The notes beneath the pieces were generated by a model. It did not search any database and was not told the DNA's origin. It saw nothing but the letters and a program-made list of their open reading frames with translations. The position numbers and the translations under genes were made by a program. Positions 8,586-18,989 of a stretch of 64,000 bases of DNA are shown piece by piece. Where the stretch lies: the NCBI GenBank assembly GCA_964393395.1, contig CAYMTQ010000003.1, positions 2,671 to 66,670 on the forward strand, given 5' to 3'. Numbering within the stretch: the first letter of the stretch is position 1; each line of letters opens with the position of its first letter. Source of the DNA: an uncultured Sangeribacter sp. Its GTDB lineage: Bacteria; Bacteroidota; Bacteroidia; Bacteroidales; Muribaculaceae.

Positions 8586-10415
8586 ATGAAATTGAAACAG
8601 CTTTACCGGCTTGCAGCCGGTCTGGCCCTCACGGGGCTTATCGTCGGCTGTACTGATGACGCTTACCACATCAACGATGCCGACTATCTCAGCCGCTTCA
8701 CGATCAATGATCTCGCTATTCCTCTGAAAGTCGAGACCATCCGGCTCGACAGTATTGTTGATCTCACGGACGGCACAAACGTAATTAAGTATAAGGACGC
8801 CGAAGGAAAGGAATTCTATGCTCTGTCGGAGACCGGAACCATCTCGTCCGATCCAATCAAGATCGACCGCGTGGATGTGACTCCCGACCCTATCGAATCA
8901 TCCTATATACATCTTCACCTGAACAGTCCTGCAACATCAAAGAAGCGTGCGGCGGCTCATTCTGCAACATACGATCTGAAACAGGAACTGACCCACTTCT
9001 CATATAACTCCGTGAAGGTCGACGAGGCCATCACTAAAATCAGAAGCTTCATCACGGTCAATCCTGTCAAGATTTCTCTCACGCTGAACGTACCCGATAA
9101 TCTCAGGATTGCATCAACACATTTCACTGACATCCGCCTTCAGTTCCCCAAAGGCCTGAAGATGGCAGACGGCTCAAATGCAATCGTGACATTTGAGGGT
9201 GGATTGGAACCTGTCGGAAAATATGATCATATAACAGGTATCGTGACAATCAATTCAATTGACCTCAGCGATCCGCATCATCAGAAAGTTGAAGTCACTG
9301 CAGACTTATTTGACCTTGAGGAAGGGGATGTGACCATCGATAATGACCGCAATCTCCAATACAAGGGAGATATCGGAGTTCTCAGCGGTGGTTTCATGGT
9401 ATATGGCGCCAATAATATTGCTGACATACCTCAGAACTTTGATCTTCGCGTAGATTATGCGATGGATGCGTTCGGAATCCGCAGCTTCTCCGGTGCAGTC
9501 GATTATTATGTGGAGGAATCCAGAATCGATCCTATTCATCTCGACGATCTCCCGGACTTCCTTCAGGATCCCGAAACCAACATCGTGATCGCTGATCCTC
9601 AGTTCTATTTCCGCGTGACCAACTCAGCGGCTCCATATAACGCCGAGGGTGACGGTGTGATTACAATTAAATCTGAGTTTGCTAATAAAAAGCCATTTGA
9701 GTCTGAAAGCCCCAAGATCATTATCCCGGCTCAGGAAATAACGGACATCATACTTTCACCTACAGGAAAGGTTGAACATCCTCTCGAGGGATATGAGGCA
9801 AATCAGGATCAGGAGGCATATTATAACATGAAATATATTCTTTCCGGACTGCCCGGAAGTCAGGGTGACGGACTGCCCGTATCAATCTATGTCGCATTTG
9901 AAAAACCTCGCTTCCATGGCAACAACATCGTGAATTTCCCCGTGGAGAATGATGATTACAACGGAGAACTCGCCCCTATGGATGGTCATTATGAATTCTT
10001 CGCTCCGCTCGCATTCGACACTAATTCAATCATCGTCTACAAGGACAAGGTTGATCTGAGTGATTCCGAAATGGAAGATATCTATGTCGAGAAGTTGAAA
10101 GTAGATGCGGAAGGATTCTCTTCCTTCCCGGTTGACGTGAAACTCAGTGCGATTGCCTATGATGTGGCCAACAATGTTCTCGGACGTTCCAACACCCTGA
10201 ATATTCCTGCCCTGACAACAGACAGGATCAATCTCGAGATTGTACCTGTTGACGATAATAAAGTCATGAACAATATCGATCATCTTGACTTTCACGCAAC
10301 AGTCATTCAGGAAGCAGAAGGCGCAGGTCAGCCTCTGGCTCCCGATCAGGGACTGTCGCTCACGGATCTCAAGATCCGCGTCACGGGATATTATGAGAAG
10401 GATCTTAAAGACTAA
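8586..10415 (+). CDS. Uncharacterised surface/periplasmic lipoprotein (609 aa)
   Basis: Signal peptide with lipobox, MKLKQLYRLAAGLALTGLIVGC|TDD. The composition is acidic and beta-rich. I recognise no family motif. The gene ends 21 nt before the next gene. Confidence 0.75.
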   Translation: MKLKQLYRLAAGLALTGLIVGCTDDAYHINDADYLSRFTINDLAIPLKVETIRLDSIVDLTDGTNVIKYKDAEGKEFYALSETGTISSDPIKIDRVDVTPDPIESSYIHLHLNSPATSKKRAAAHSATYDLKQELTHFSYNSVKVDEAITKIRSFITVNPVKISLTLNVPDNLRIASTHFTDIRLQFPKGLKMADGSNAIVTFEGGLEPVGKYDHITGIVTINSIDLSDPHHQKVEVTADLFDLEEGDVTIDNDRNLQYKGDIGVLSGGFMVYGANNIADIPQNFDLRVDYAMDAFGIRSFSGAVDYYVEESRIDPIHLDDLPDFLQDPETNIVIADPQFYFRVTNSAAPYNAEGDGVITIKSEFANKKPFESESPKIIIPAQEITDIILSPTGKVEHPLEGYEANQDQEAYYNMKYILSGLPGSQGDGLPVSIYVAFEKPRFHGNNIVNFPVENDDYNGELAPMDGHYEFFAPLAFDTNSIIVYKDKVDLSDSEMEDIYVEKLKVDAEGFSSFPVDVKLSAIAYDVANNVLGRSNTLNIPALTTDRINLEIVPVDDNKVMNNIDHLDFHATVIQEAEGAGQPLAPDQGLSLTDLKIRVTGYYEKDLKD

Positions 10416-10436
10416 CTTACTTCAAACTGACTAACA

Positions 10437-11798
10437 GTGAAATACACAAAACATATCGCCGCGGCAGTTATGGCTTTCGCCGGACTCGGAGCGGCAGCCC
10501 AGTATACCTATTCGGGCTACTTTATCGAGAACTATCTCCCGCGTCATCAGATGAACCCGGCGTTCGCTCCGGATTCAACGTTCAAAGGTTATGCACCCTT
10601 CCCGGTTCTGTCGAATATCAATATCGCTGCCCGTGGAAACCTGCATGTTTCTTCCCTCTATTTCAACCGTGGGGGCAAAACGGTATTCTTCACCAATCCT
10701 GAGGTGTCGGCTACGGAGGCCATGAAAGGATTTCACGATACCAACCGTCTCGGTCTTCATCTGAAGCTTGACATCCTCAGCGCGGGTTTCAAAGCCTTCG
10801 GAGGATTCAACACTGTCGGCGTCAATGTCGTTTCGGATACTGAAATAGGAATGCCTAAGTCGTTCTTCTCTCTGGCTAAAGAGGGTATATCGAATGAGGA
10901 TTACGACATCAAGAACATGAGGTTCAACTCCTCTAACTATGTCGAACTCGCCCTGAACCATTCCCGCGACCTGTCCAAGTGGGTTCCCGGTCTGCGTGTG
11001 GGTGCGACCGTCAAGTTCCTTCTCGGAATAGCCGATGTCGATGCCTACTTCAACCGTGCGAACCTCGTGCTCGGCGACAACGAATGGCAGGTGAAAGCTG
11101 ATGCCGACATATATGGCTCGGGATGCGGAATCAAGTTCAAGAGCAGATATGATGATCGTCTTCATCGCGACTATTTCGACGGCCTCGACTTCGACGGATT
11201 CAAGCTCGGAGGTTTCGGTCTCGGATTTGATCTCGGTGCGCAGTATAAGTGGAGGGATTTTACTTTCTCTGCTGCCATTCTTGACCTCGGATTCATCAGC
11301 TGGAGCAATACCCAGTATGCGACAACCGGAGGAGACAAGACATTCACCACAGATGCATATACCCTTGAAGTCGGAAACGATAAATCATGGGATGATATGC
11401 TCGACGGACTCGAGGAGCTCTACAAACTGGAGAACCGCGGCGATATTGGTGCAGATGCCCGTGCGCTCAAGGCAACCCTGAACTTCGGTGTCGCATACGA
11501 GTTCCCCTACTACCGAAAACTCGTCTTCGGTCTTGTTAACTCGACACGCTTCAACGGCAACTTCACCTGCACCCAGTTCCGTCTCTCGGCCAACGTGACT
11601 CCGGCCAAGTGCATCGGCCTGTCGGCTAACCTCGAAATGGGCACATACGGTGTCGGCTTCGGATGGCTTGCCAATCTGAGTGTCAAAGGCTTCAATCTAT
11701 TCCTCGGAATGGACCACACCCTCGGCAAACTCTCTTCGGACGGTTATCCTTTGAACAGCAACGCCGCCGTCAACTTCGGTATCAACTTCCCCTTCTGA
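10437..11798 (+). CDS. Putative outer-membrane beta-barrel protein, PorP/SprF-like (DUF5723-like)
   Basis: GTG start with signal peptide MKYTKHIAAAVMAFAGLGAAAQ. The mature N-terminus YTYSGYFIENYLPRHQMNPAF resembles the Y..Y..N....NPA motif of PorP/SprF-type barrels. It shows an alternating amphipathic strand pattern and ends in an aromatic residue (...NFGINFPF). Confidence 0.65.
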   Translation: MKYTKHIAAAVMAFAGLGAAAQYTYSGYFIENYLPRHQMNPAFAPDSTFKGYAPFPVLSNINIAARGNLHVSSLYFNRGGKTVFFTNPEVSATEAMKGFHDTNRLGLHLKLDILSAGFKAFGGFNTVGVNVVSDTEIGMPKSFFSLAKEGISNEDYDIKNMRFNSSNYVELALNHSRDLSKWVPGLRVGATVKFLLGIADVDAYFNRANLVLGDNEWQVKADADIYGSGCGIKFKSRYDDRLHRDYFDGLDFDGFKLGGFGLGFDLGAQYKWRDFTFSAAILDLGFISWSNTQYATTGGDKTFTTDAYTLEVGNDKSWDDMLDGLEELYKLENRGDIGADARALKATLNFGVAYEFPYYRKLVFGLVNSTRFNGNFTCTQFRLSANVTPAKCIGLSANLEMGTYGVGFGWLANLSVKGFNLFLGMDHTLGKLSSDGYPLNSNAAVNFGINFPF

Positions 11799-11834
11799 TA
11801 GATCGGGTCAATATTTCCATTCATTATAAGCACG

Positions 11835-11870
11835 CCTCCCGTTTTTTGAAACGGGAGGTGTTGTTTCTTT
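11835..11870 (+). terminator. Rho-independent terminator after the lipoprotein/barrel pair
   Basis: CCTCCCGTT (11835-11843) pairs with AACGGGAGG (11850-11858), with a 6-nt loop, followed by TGTTGTTTCTTT. Confidence 0.8.
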
Positions 11871-11922
11871 CGGGGTGATGTATCTTTACATGCTCATGTT
11901 TTGAAAAAACGGGTGGCGATGT

Positions 11923-11930
11923 TATCTTTG
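11923..11930 (+). promoter_or_regulatory. -7 promoter box TATCTTTG upstream of the AddB-like nuclease gene
   Basis: Exact TAnnTTTG match ending 5 nt before the ATG at 11936. A TTTG lies about 20 nt upstream (11899-11902 region). Confidence 0.45.
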
Positions 11931-11935
11931 CAGAC

Positions 11936-14900
11936 ATGTTCCCCTTCCTGAAGGCCGTGGCTCGAGCTTATGCCACACGATATGATGATATGTCCCGTTT
12001 CTGTTTCGTCTTCCCTAACAAGAGAGGCGGGACCTTCTTTCTTAAATATCTGCGTTCTGAAATGAAAACCGCTCATGTCGCACCGCAGGTGATGACTGTG
12101 ACGGATTTCGTGGCGCAGGTTGGCGATGCAGTCGTCGATAACCGCATTTCCGCCCTGTTTACTCTCTTCGACTGCTATTGCAGATTTCTTCCGCCGGATT
12201 CAGAACCCGATTTCGATTCATTCAGGACATGGGGCGAGACAGTCCTCTCGGATTTCAACGAAGTCGGCATGAACTGCGCTGATCCTTCGATGCTATTCAA
12301 GAATCTGAAGGACCACAAAGAAATATCTTCTGATTTCCTGACAGAAGAACAAAAAAAAATAATGGAGGAGTACTTCGGTGTAACTCCTTCTCTCAGCGAG
12401 GCACATTCCTTCTGGCGCCATTTCAATAATCCCACATTCGGCGCGGGCTCCGGAGAACACGGATTATCCGACCCCTCCGTGCCGCAAAACGAAGACAAGA
12501 AAAAAGGAAATAAAATTCCATTGCGCGGAAGATTCCTGAAGTTGTGGGAGATACTGAATCCCTTGTACGAATCATTCAATAAAACTCTTGCTGAGAAAGG
12601 GCTGACGACATCATCGGGTGCTTACCGAAAAGCCCTCAGCGCGCTGGAAGAGCGAGGACGGGTCGCTCTGCCATGGGAAAAAATCGTATTTGTGGGATTC
12701 AATGCGCTGACACATGTAGAACACGATATATTCTCGATTCTGCGAGACCTCGGGCCGATGGCAACCGGCAGGCATCCTGAAGACTCTTTGGCTGATTTCT
12801 TCTGGGACGCGACCGGGCCGGTTCTGAATAGAACGGGCAGGGAATCAGAAGGGATACATGAAAAGAAGTCAGTCAAGCCCAATTCGGCGTCCAGATTTGT
12901 GGTTGCGAACCGCCGGCGCTTCCCCGAGCCGGATTGGAGCCGTGAGATAATGTCGCTCTGTGAGACTTCCTCTCTTCCTCAGTCATTGCGCTCCATTGCC
13001 GCGCCGTCAAATTCAATTCAGGCCAAGATTGCGGCAGATGAAGTTACGCGGATTTTCGGAGGCCGAGACAGAAAAAAGATGGAGACAGCCCGTGTGGCCG
13101 TAATACTTCCGGATGAGGAACTGCTCCTTCCGTTCCTTTATGCTCTGCCGGAAGATATAAGCGATGTGAATCTGACAATGGGATATTCGCTCCGGCTGAC
13201 CTCGGTCTCATCCTTCATCGGCCAGATCCGGCAGACCCTTCGATCTTCCAGAATAAAAGAAGGGGATACATCCTACTACCTTCCTGACCTCCGTCTGTTG
13301 CTCGCGCATCCACTCGCAAAGGCTATCGGAGGGACGAAGCCGATCGAGGATTTTCTGAACAAGGCAGAGCTGATCCATCAGATATTCGTCTCCGGAGGAC
13401 AGCTAAGGAGAGAGATACCGTCGATGGATAAAATATTTTCTCCGCCACCGGCTTCAGGAAAACCTGCTGATACTTTCATCTGGCTCGAAGAAGTACTCGA
13501 GATCGTTGACCGATCAATCGAAAATGTAAATCAGGGACTGATACGGACTGCTCTTGATTCCGAACACGTTGCTGCCTATCTCGAAGGTCTCAGACCTCTG
13601 CGGACAGCATTGGCAAACCATAATGTCTCGATGTCGCGGGATACACTTCTCTCTATGGCACAGCGTCTTGTCGGTACCGGTCGTGTAATGTTCGAGGGAG
13701 AGCCCCTGAGGGGACTTCAGGTGATGGGCTTGCTCGAGACGCGTTCACTCGATTTCGATATTGTAGTCATACCTTCTCTCAACGAGAGGATTCTGCCGAT
13801 GAGATCACGCTCACGCACATTCATACCGGATGCGTTGAGGGCGGCTTACGGCCTTCCTCCGGCAAACTATGCCGAAAATATTTTTGCCTACTACTTCTAC
13901 AGATTGATTTCGAGGGCAAAGGAAGTGGTCATGATTCATGATGCCCGTTCGGGAAGCGGTTTGCGTTCGGGAGGCCCGTCACGATATATCCATCAGCTCG
14001 AACATATCTTCGCCAAGGACGTGATGATCACGGAAGAGCGGACTTTCAGCCTCTCGGACTTCACTCCGGAGATTGAGCCGATTGAGAAAACAGAAGCGGT
14101 TAAAGAAAAGCTCAGAGAATATCTCGTATCACCCGAGTCGCCGGATCCGACTGTCGGAAGATGTCTTTCAGCGACAGCCGTGAATGATTACTGTACCTGT
14201 CAGAAACGATTCTTCTTCAAACATATCGTCGGGATTCCGGAGCAACGCGAGTTCTCCCCGTTCGTCGATCACATCCAGCTCGGTAATGTGGTTCACAGAG
14301 TGATGCAGATCCTCTATTCACCGGTACCGCTTCATATAGATATACCTTTTATAGACAACTTGTTGCGTGAGGATAACAAAGAGATTCTGCTCGTGACAAC
14401 CCGGTCGATGACCGAAGAATTTCCTTTTCTGAAGCACCGGAGTTATCTGCCTCCGGACTATGAGATAGTGCGGTCAGCAGTTGTCAGGATGGTGCGGGGA
14501 ATCTTGCGGGCCGACAGGGAGCTGTGTGCAAGAGAGCCCTCGGGTGGATTTGATGTCCTTGGGACAGAGGCCGCCGGAGTCGAGATTATGAAGACATCCC
14601 GTGGGCGGCAATATCGTTTCCGTTATGCCATTGACCGCGCCGATACAGCCGGAGGTCATCTGCGCATCGTCGATTACAAGACAGGGACTACACATGCGTC
14701 GGGCAAAGATTTCGAAGAGATGTTTAACGGAGAATCGACCTCCATGACCAACTTCCTTCAGCTTATGGCCTATGCCGGGATCGCCCGCAGGAAATGGCCG
14801 GCGCTGGCGCAGGATGGAATCGGAATGGTGCTATATCGAGTGACCGAAATGGCGCGCGAGACAGTTGGAAAGATTGATACCCGCTTTGTTATACCATCCT

Positions 14901-15139
14901 TCAACGATATTGACCGGGAGACCGGAGAGAAAGTTACGGTGACTTTTGAAAGCGACTGCAAGACTGTCAGAAAAGTCGGTCGAGTATCCGAAGAAGAAAT
15001 TGACGACCGCTATCGCGAGGAATTTGATGTCATGTTCGGTGATAAGATAGACACTCTCTTTGATTCCCCGGACTTCAGCCCGACGGCTAACTCCATGATA
15101 TGCGGAAACTGTCCCTATGCCAGATTCTGCCTGAAATGA
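11936..15139 (+). CDS. PD-(D/E)XK nuclease family protein, AddB-like, with a C-terminal Fe-S cysteine cluster
   Basis: 1067 aa. The C-terminal nuclease module carries RIVDYKTG (the D-x-K motif). Cysteines lie before (DYCTCQKRFFF) and after (MICGNCPYARFC) the nuclease core, as in AddB-type iron-staple nucleases. The N-terminal part looks like an inactivated helicase-like region. Confidence 0.75.
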   Translation: MFPFLKAVARAYATRYDDMSRFCFVFPNKRGGTFFLKYLRSEMKTAHVAPQVMTVTDFVAQVGDAVVDNRISALFTLFDCYCRFLPPDSEPDFDSFRTWGETVLSDFNEVGMNCADPSMLFKNLKDHKEISSDFLTEEQKKIMEEYFGVTPSLSEAHSFWRHFNNPTFGAGSGEHGLSDPSVPQNEDKKKGNKIPLRGRFLKLWEILNPLYESFNKTLAEKGLTTSSGAYRKALSALEERGRVALPWEKIVFVGFNALTHVEHDIFSILRDLGPMATGRHPEDSLADFFWDATGPVLNRTGRESEGIHEKKSVKPNSASRFVVANRRRFPEPDWSREIMSLCETSSLPQSLRSIAAPSNSIQAKIAADEVTRIFGGRDRKKMETARVAVILPDEELLLPFLYALPEDISDVNLTMGYSLRLTSVSSFIGQIRQTLRSSRIKEGDTSYYLPDLRLLLAHPLAKAIGGTKPIEDFLNKAELIHQIFVSGGQLRREIPSMDKIFSPPPASGKPADTFIWLEEVLEIVDRSIENVNQGLIRTALDSEHVAAYLEGLRPLRTALANHNVSMSRDTLLSMAQRLVGTGRVMFEGEPLRGLQVMGLLETRSLDFDIVVIPSLNERILPMRSRSRTFIPDALRAAYGLPPANYAENIFAYYFYRLISRAKEVVMIHDARSGSGLRSGGPSRYIHQLEHIFAKDVMITEERTFSLSDFTPEIEPIEKTEAVKEKLREYLVSPESPDPTVGRCLSATAVNDYCTCQKRFFFKHIVGIPEQREFSPFVDHIQLGNVVHRVMQILYSPVPLHIDIPFIDNLLREDNKEILLVTTRSMTEEFPFLKHRSYLPPDYEIVRSAVVRMVRGILRADRELCAREPSGGFDVLGTEAAGVEIMKTSRGRQYRFRYAIDRADTAGGHLRIVDYKTGTTHASGKDFEEMFNGESTSMTNFLQLMAYAGIARRKWPALAQDGIGMVLYRVTEMARETVGKIDTRFVIPSFNDIDRETGEKVTVTFESDCKTVRKVGRVSEEEIDDRYREEFDVMFGDKIDTLFDSPDFSPTANSMICGNCPYARFCLK

Positions 15140-15154
15140 TGAGTATGTGTCAAA

Positions 15155-15856
15155 ATGACGAAATCGAATCGGATGAAAGCGACTTATACTCATATCAATG
15201 AGTTGTTCGACAGATTCAACAAAGCCATCTTCAATTGTGAATTACCACAGCTGTCGATGAAGGTCAGTAATGGCGCGAGGATATTGGGGTGCTTCGTGCA
15301 TCCCCGGCGCTTCCCGTCCATCCATGAGCGCGGAAGAGGGGAGTGCTATATCCGTATCAGCGGCCGCTATGACATGGAGCCGCGTGTGCTTGAAGACACC
15401 GTGATCCACGAGATGATCCATTATCTGATGTGGATCAGGGGAGTTGACCGAGAGCCTCCCCACGGTCCCTCTTTCCAAAAAGAGATGAATAGGATCAACA
15501 GTACACACGGACGTAATATCACCGTCAGGGCGAATATCGGAGCCGAGACAAGGGAGACAGACCGGACCTTGAGAAACAATTATATCTGTCTTACTCATTG
15601 GAACGACGGCAACAGGATGATAACCGTCTGTGCAAGAACATGTATCTTCACGATTCATCGGGCGTGGACCCGATATTCCGAGGTCAAGGCTGTCGAGTGG
15701 TATTGGAGCCGGGACCCATGGTTCAACAAATTCCCGCTGTCAAGGACTCCGAAGGCATATAGGATAACCGATGAAGAGATAGAGAGCCATATCGTCGGCA
15801 AAGCGGTCCGGTGCGTGTGTGACGGTACACGTTTTCTGCCATTTAAAGGTTTTTAA
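15155..15856 (+). CDS. SprT-like zinc metalloprotease domain protein
   Basis: The HExxH motif VIHEMIHYLMW with a downstream HG is preceded by the SprT-like N-terminal segment FNKAIFNCELP. The start is 15 nt after the AddB-like stop. Confidence 0.75.
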   Translation: MTKSNRMKATYTHINELFDRFNKAIFNCELPQLSMKVSNGARILGCFVHPRRFPSIHERGRGECYIRISGRYDMEPRVLEDTVIHEMIHYLMWIRGVDREPPHGPSFQKEMNRINSTHGRNITVRANIGAETRETDRTLRNNYICLTHWNDGNRMITVCARTCIFTIHRAWTRYSEVKAVEWYWSRDPWFNKFPLSRTPKAYRITDEEIESHIVGKAVRCVCDGTRFLPFKGF

Positions 15857-15880
15857 GTTGCATAAGTTGAAGATTTTTCG

Positions 15881-15888
15881 TATTTTTG
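15881..15888 (+). promoter_or_regulatory. -7 promoter box TATTTTTG upstream of thrS
   Basis: Exact TAnnTTTG match 60 nt upstream of the ATG at 15949. Confidence 0.45.
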
Positions 15889-15948
15889 CAGACATATATG
15901 GCGATGTCTCCCGAAGGTATCGCCTAATCCTTTGAATATTAATTGATT

Positions 15949-17886
15949 ATGATCAATATAACTTTTCCCGATGGCAATGTGAAGGCTTTCGAGGCAGGTG
16001 TGACTCCCCGTCAGATCGCCGAAAGCATCAGTTCACGTTTTGCCGCCGATGTCCTTGCCGCCAAAGTCAACGGCCAGGAATGGGATATTACCCGTCCGAT
16101 AGTTGAGGACAGTGCAATCGAGCTGTTCAAATGGGATTCTCCGGAAGGCAAGCATGCTTTCTGGCATTCTTCCGCCCATCTTCTCGCGGAAGCGCTTCAG
16201 GAACTCTATCCCGGTGTGAAATTCGGCATCGGTCCTGCTATCGAGAATGGATTCTACTATGATATCGACCCCGGGGATCACAAGATAACAAGTGAGGATT
16301 TCCCGAAGATCGAAAAGAAAATGCAGGAGCTCGCGGCGCGCAAGGAGGCGATCGTGAGATCTGATATCTCAAAGGCCGATGCACTGAAAATGTTCGGTGA
16401 CAGAGGCGAAAACTATAAATGTGAGCTGATCTCCGAGCTTGAGGATGGCCACATCACGACTTACACGCAGGGTGAGTTTACGGATCTTTGCCGCGGACCT
16501 CATCTTCCTGACACCGGCAACATCAAGGCTGTCAAGATCCTGTCGCTCGCAGGAGCATATTGGCGTGGTGATGAGAAGCGCAATCAGCTTGTCCGTGTCT
16601 ACGGTATCTCTTTCCCCAAGAAAAAGATGCTTGACGAATATCTCGTTCTCCTCGAAGAGGCTAAGAAGCGCGATCACCGTAAACTCGGAAAAGAGATGGA
16701 ACTCTTCACGTTCTCGCAGACCGTCGGACAGGGTCTTCCCCTGTGGCTTCCGAAGGGTGCGGCGCTGCGTGACCGTCTGGAACAATTCCTGCGCAAGATT
16801 CAGAAAGAATATGGTTACCTTCAGGTGATCACTCCGCATATCGGCAACAAGAACCTTTATGTGACTTCAGGCCACTATGCAAAATACGGCAAGGATTCAT
16901 TCCAGCCAATCCATACTCCGGAAGAGGGAGAGGAATACATGCTCAAGCCGATGAACTGCCCCCACCACTGTGAGATCTACAAGGCAGGTCCCCGTTCATA
17001 TCGTGACCTCCCGATGCGTCTGGCTGAATTCGGAACCGTCTACAGATATGAGCAGAGCGGTGAGCTTCACGGACTGACACGTGTCCGCGGCTTTACTCAG
17101 GACGATGCTCATATCTTCTGCGCGCCCGAACAGATCAAGGATGAGTTCCTGAAGGTGATGGATATTATCCTCTATATCTTCAAGACTCTCGATTTCAAGA
17201 ACTTTGAAGTGCAGATCTCGCTCCGCGACCCGAAGAATAAAGAAAAATATATCGGATCAGACGAAAACTGGCATCTTGCCGAGACAGCTATCATTGAAGC
17301 GTGTGCTGAAAAGGGTCTGCCTGCACGTCAGGTCGAAGGTGAGGCCGCTTTCTACGGACCGAAACTCGACTTTATGGTCAAGGATGCGATCGGACGCCGC
17401 TGGCAGCTCGGAACAATTCAGGTTGACTACAATCTTCCCGAGCGTTTCGGCCTCGAATATACCGGAAGCGACAACCAGAAGCATCGTCCCGTGATGATTC
17501 ACCGTGCGCCATTCGGCTCTATGGAACGTTTCGTCGCTGTCCTTCTCGAGCACACCGCCGGCAAGTTGCCGCTCTGGCTGATTCCGGAGCAGTGTGCGAT
17601 CCTCCCCATTTCTGAAAAATTCAATGACTATGCCCGCACAGTGGCACGCGAGCTCGATAAAGAGGGTGTCCGTGCATTCGTTGACGACAGAAATGAGAAG
17701 ATCGGCAAGAAAATCCGTGACAACGAGCTCAAAAAAGTGCCTTATCTGCTGATTGTCGGAGAAAAAGAGGCCGAAAATGGCGAAGTTTCGGTAAGAAAGC
17801 AGGGAAAAGGTGACAGAGGTTCGATGAAAATTGCTAACTTTGCATCCGCATTGAATGCAGAGGTGGCCGAAATGACCGCAAGATAA
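15949..17886 (+). CDS. thrS: Threonine--tRNA ligase
   Basis: N-terminal TGS domain ([19 protein letters not shown]), editing-domain HSSAHLLA, class II core motifs ([26 protein letters not shown]) and a C-terminal anticodon-binding domain. The first ATG is at 15949; the ORF-track TTG is at 15943. Confidence 0.97.
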   Translation: MINITFPDGNVKAFEAGVTPRQIAESISSRFAADVLAAKVNGQEWDITRPIVEDSAIELFKWDSPEGKHAFWHSSAHLLAEALQELYPGVKFGIGPAIENGFYYDIDPGDHKITSEDFPKIEKKMQELAARKEAIVRSDISKADALKMFGDRGENYKCELISELEDGHITTYTQGEFTDLCRGPHLPDTGNIKAVKILSLAGAYWRGDEKRNQLVRVYGISFPKKKMLDEYLVLLEEAKKRDHRKLGKEMELFTFSQTVGQGLPLWLPKGAALRDRLEQFLRKIQKEYGYLQVITPHIGNKNLYVTSGHYAKYGKDSFQPIHTPEEGEEYMLKPMNCPHHCEIYKAGPRSYRDLPMRLAEFGTVYRYEQSGELHGLTRVRGFTQDDAHIFCAPEQIKDEFLKVMDIILYIFKTLDFKNFEVQISLRDPKNKEKYIGSDENWHLAETAIIEACAEKGLPARQVEGEAAFYGPKLDFMVKDAIGRRWQLGTIQVDYNLPERFGLEYTGSDNQKHRPVMIHRAPFGSMERFVAVLLEHTAGKLPLWLIPEQCAILPISEKFNDYARTVARELDKEGVRAFVDDRNEKIGKKIRDNELKKVPYLLIVGEKEAENGEVSVRKQGKGDRGSMKIANFASALNAEVAEMTAR

Positions 17887-17945
17887 AAGGTTTTCCGATC
17901 GATTTTTGAGGATCGGAAAGCTAAAAGATCGTTTAAAAACTGTTA

Positions 17946-18668
17946 ATGGAGAAAAAACCTCAATTTTCGGGTCCGCGCCGTCCGATGGGCGGTGGTCCCC
18001 GTCCCCGTCCGGGCCAGAGACCGCGTCCGGGCGACCGCAAGAATGATCCGTATGCAACAAACGAGCAGATCCGTGCTCGTGAGGTGCGTCTGGTCGGAGA
18101 TAATGTCGAGCAGGGAATCTATCCTATCGACAAAGCGCGCAGAATGGCCGCTGAGATGGAGCTCGATCTGATCGAGATCTCCCCGAATGCCGAACCGCCT
18201 GTATGCCGAATCCTCGATTACCAGAAATTTCTCTATCAGCAGAAAAAACGCCTGAAGGAGCAGAAAGCGAAAGCAACAAAGGTCGTAGTGAAGGAGATCC
18301 GTTTCGGACCTCAGACAGATGACCACGACTACAACTTCAAGCTGAAACATGCGATAGGCTTCCTCAAGGAAGGTTCAAAAGTGAAGGCTCATGTCTTCTT
18401 CCGCGGACGTTCCATCCTATTCAAGGATCAGGGTGAGCTTCTTCTCCTCCGTTTCGCCAACGACCTCGAGGAGTATGGTAAACTCGAGCAGATGCCGGTT
18501 CTTGAAGGAAAGCGCATGATCATCATGATGGCGCCCCTGAAATCGAAGAAGGAGCTGGCAGAAGCGAAGAATCGGGAGGATAAGAAGGCCAAGGCCCAGA
18601 AGGATGAGGCTCCCGCCGAACAGAAGGGAGAGTCAGACGCCGAAGCTTCTGAAACCGCCGGTGAATAA
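17946..18668 (+). CDS. infC: Translation initiation factor IF-3 (with a Pro/Arg/Gly-rich N-terminal extension and a Lys/Glu-rich tail)
   Basis: The core [16 protein letters not shown]...[28 protein letters not shown]...[17 protein letters not shown] is canonical IF-3. Gene order is thrS-infC-rpmI-rplT. Confidence 0.93.
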   Translation: MEKKPQFSGPRRPMGGGPRPRPGQRPRPGDRKNDPYATNEQIRAREVRLVGDNVEQGIYPIDKARRMAAEMELDLIEISPNAEPPVCRILDYQKFLYQQKKRLKEQKAKATKVVVKEIRFGPQTDDHDYNFKLKHAIGFLKEGSKVKAHVFFRGRSILFKDQGELLLLRFANDLEEYGKLEQMPVLEGKRMIIMMAPLKSKKELAEAKNREDKKAKAQKDEAPAEQKGESDAEASETAGE

Positions 18669-18791
18669 GAAACAATCGGATGCCGCCGATCGGGTTGCTC
18701 AGCCCTGACGAGGTGGATATCCGGCCAATAAATAGAGACCGTAGGCACATCGTGCCGAGGTGAATGTCAAACAACTAATTTATTAAACAAA

Positions 18792-18989
18792 ATGCCCAAG
18801 ATGAAGACCAATGCCGCGTCTAAGAAGCGTTTCGCTCTGACCGGCACAGGCAAAATCAAGAGAAAGCACGCTTACCACAGCCACATTCTGACAAAGAAGA
18901 GCACGAAGCGTAAACGCAATCTCGACCACACGACTCTCGTTGACAGCGCCAACAAGCGTCAGGTGAAGGAACTTCTGAATCTCCGTTAA
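18792..18989 (+). CDS. rpmI: 50S ribosomal protein L35
   Basis: [36 protein letters not shown], 65 aa, located between infC and rplT. Confidence 0.96.
   Translation: MPKMKTNAASKKRFALTGTGKIKRKHAYHSHILTKKSTKRKRNLDHTTLVDSANKRQVKELLNLR

Noticed and set aside
15900-15924. A hairpin in the thrS leader (GGCGAT...ATCGCC), as a possible E. coli-like tRNA-mimic operator.
   Set aside because: It has only a 6-bp stem, and I cannot show an anticodon-like loop or conservation. The evidence is insufficient.
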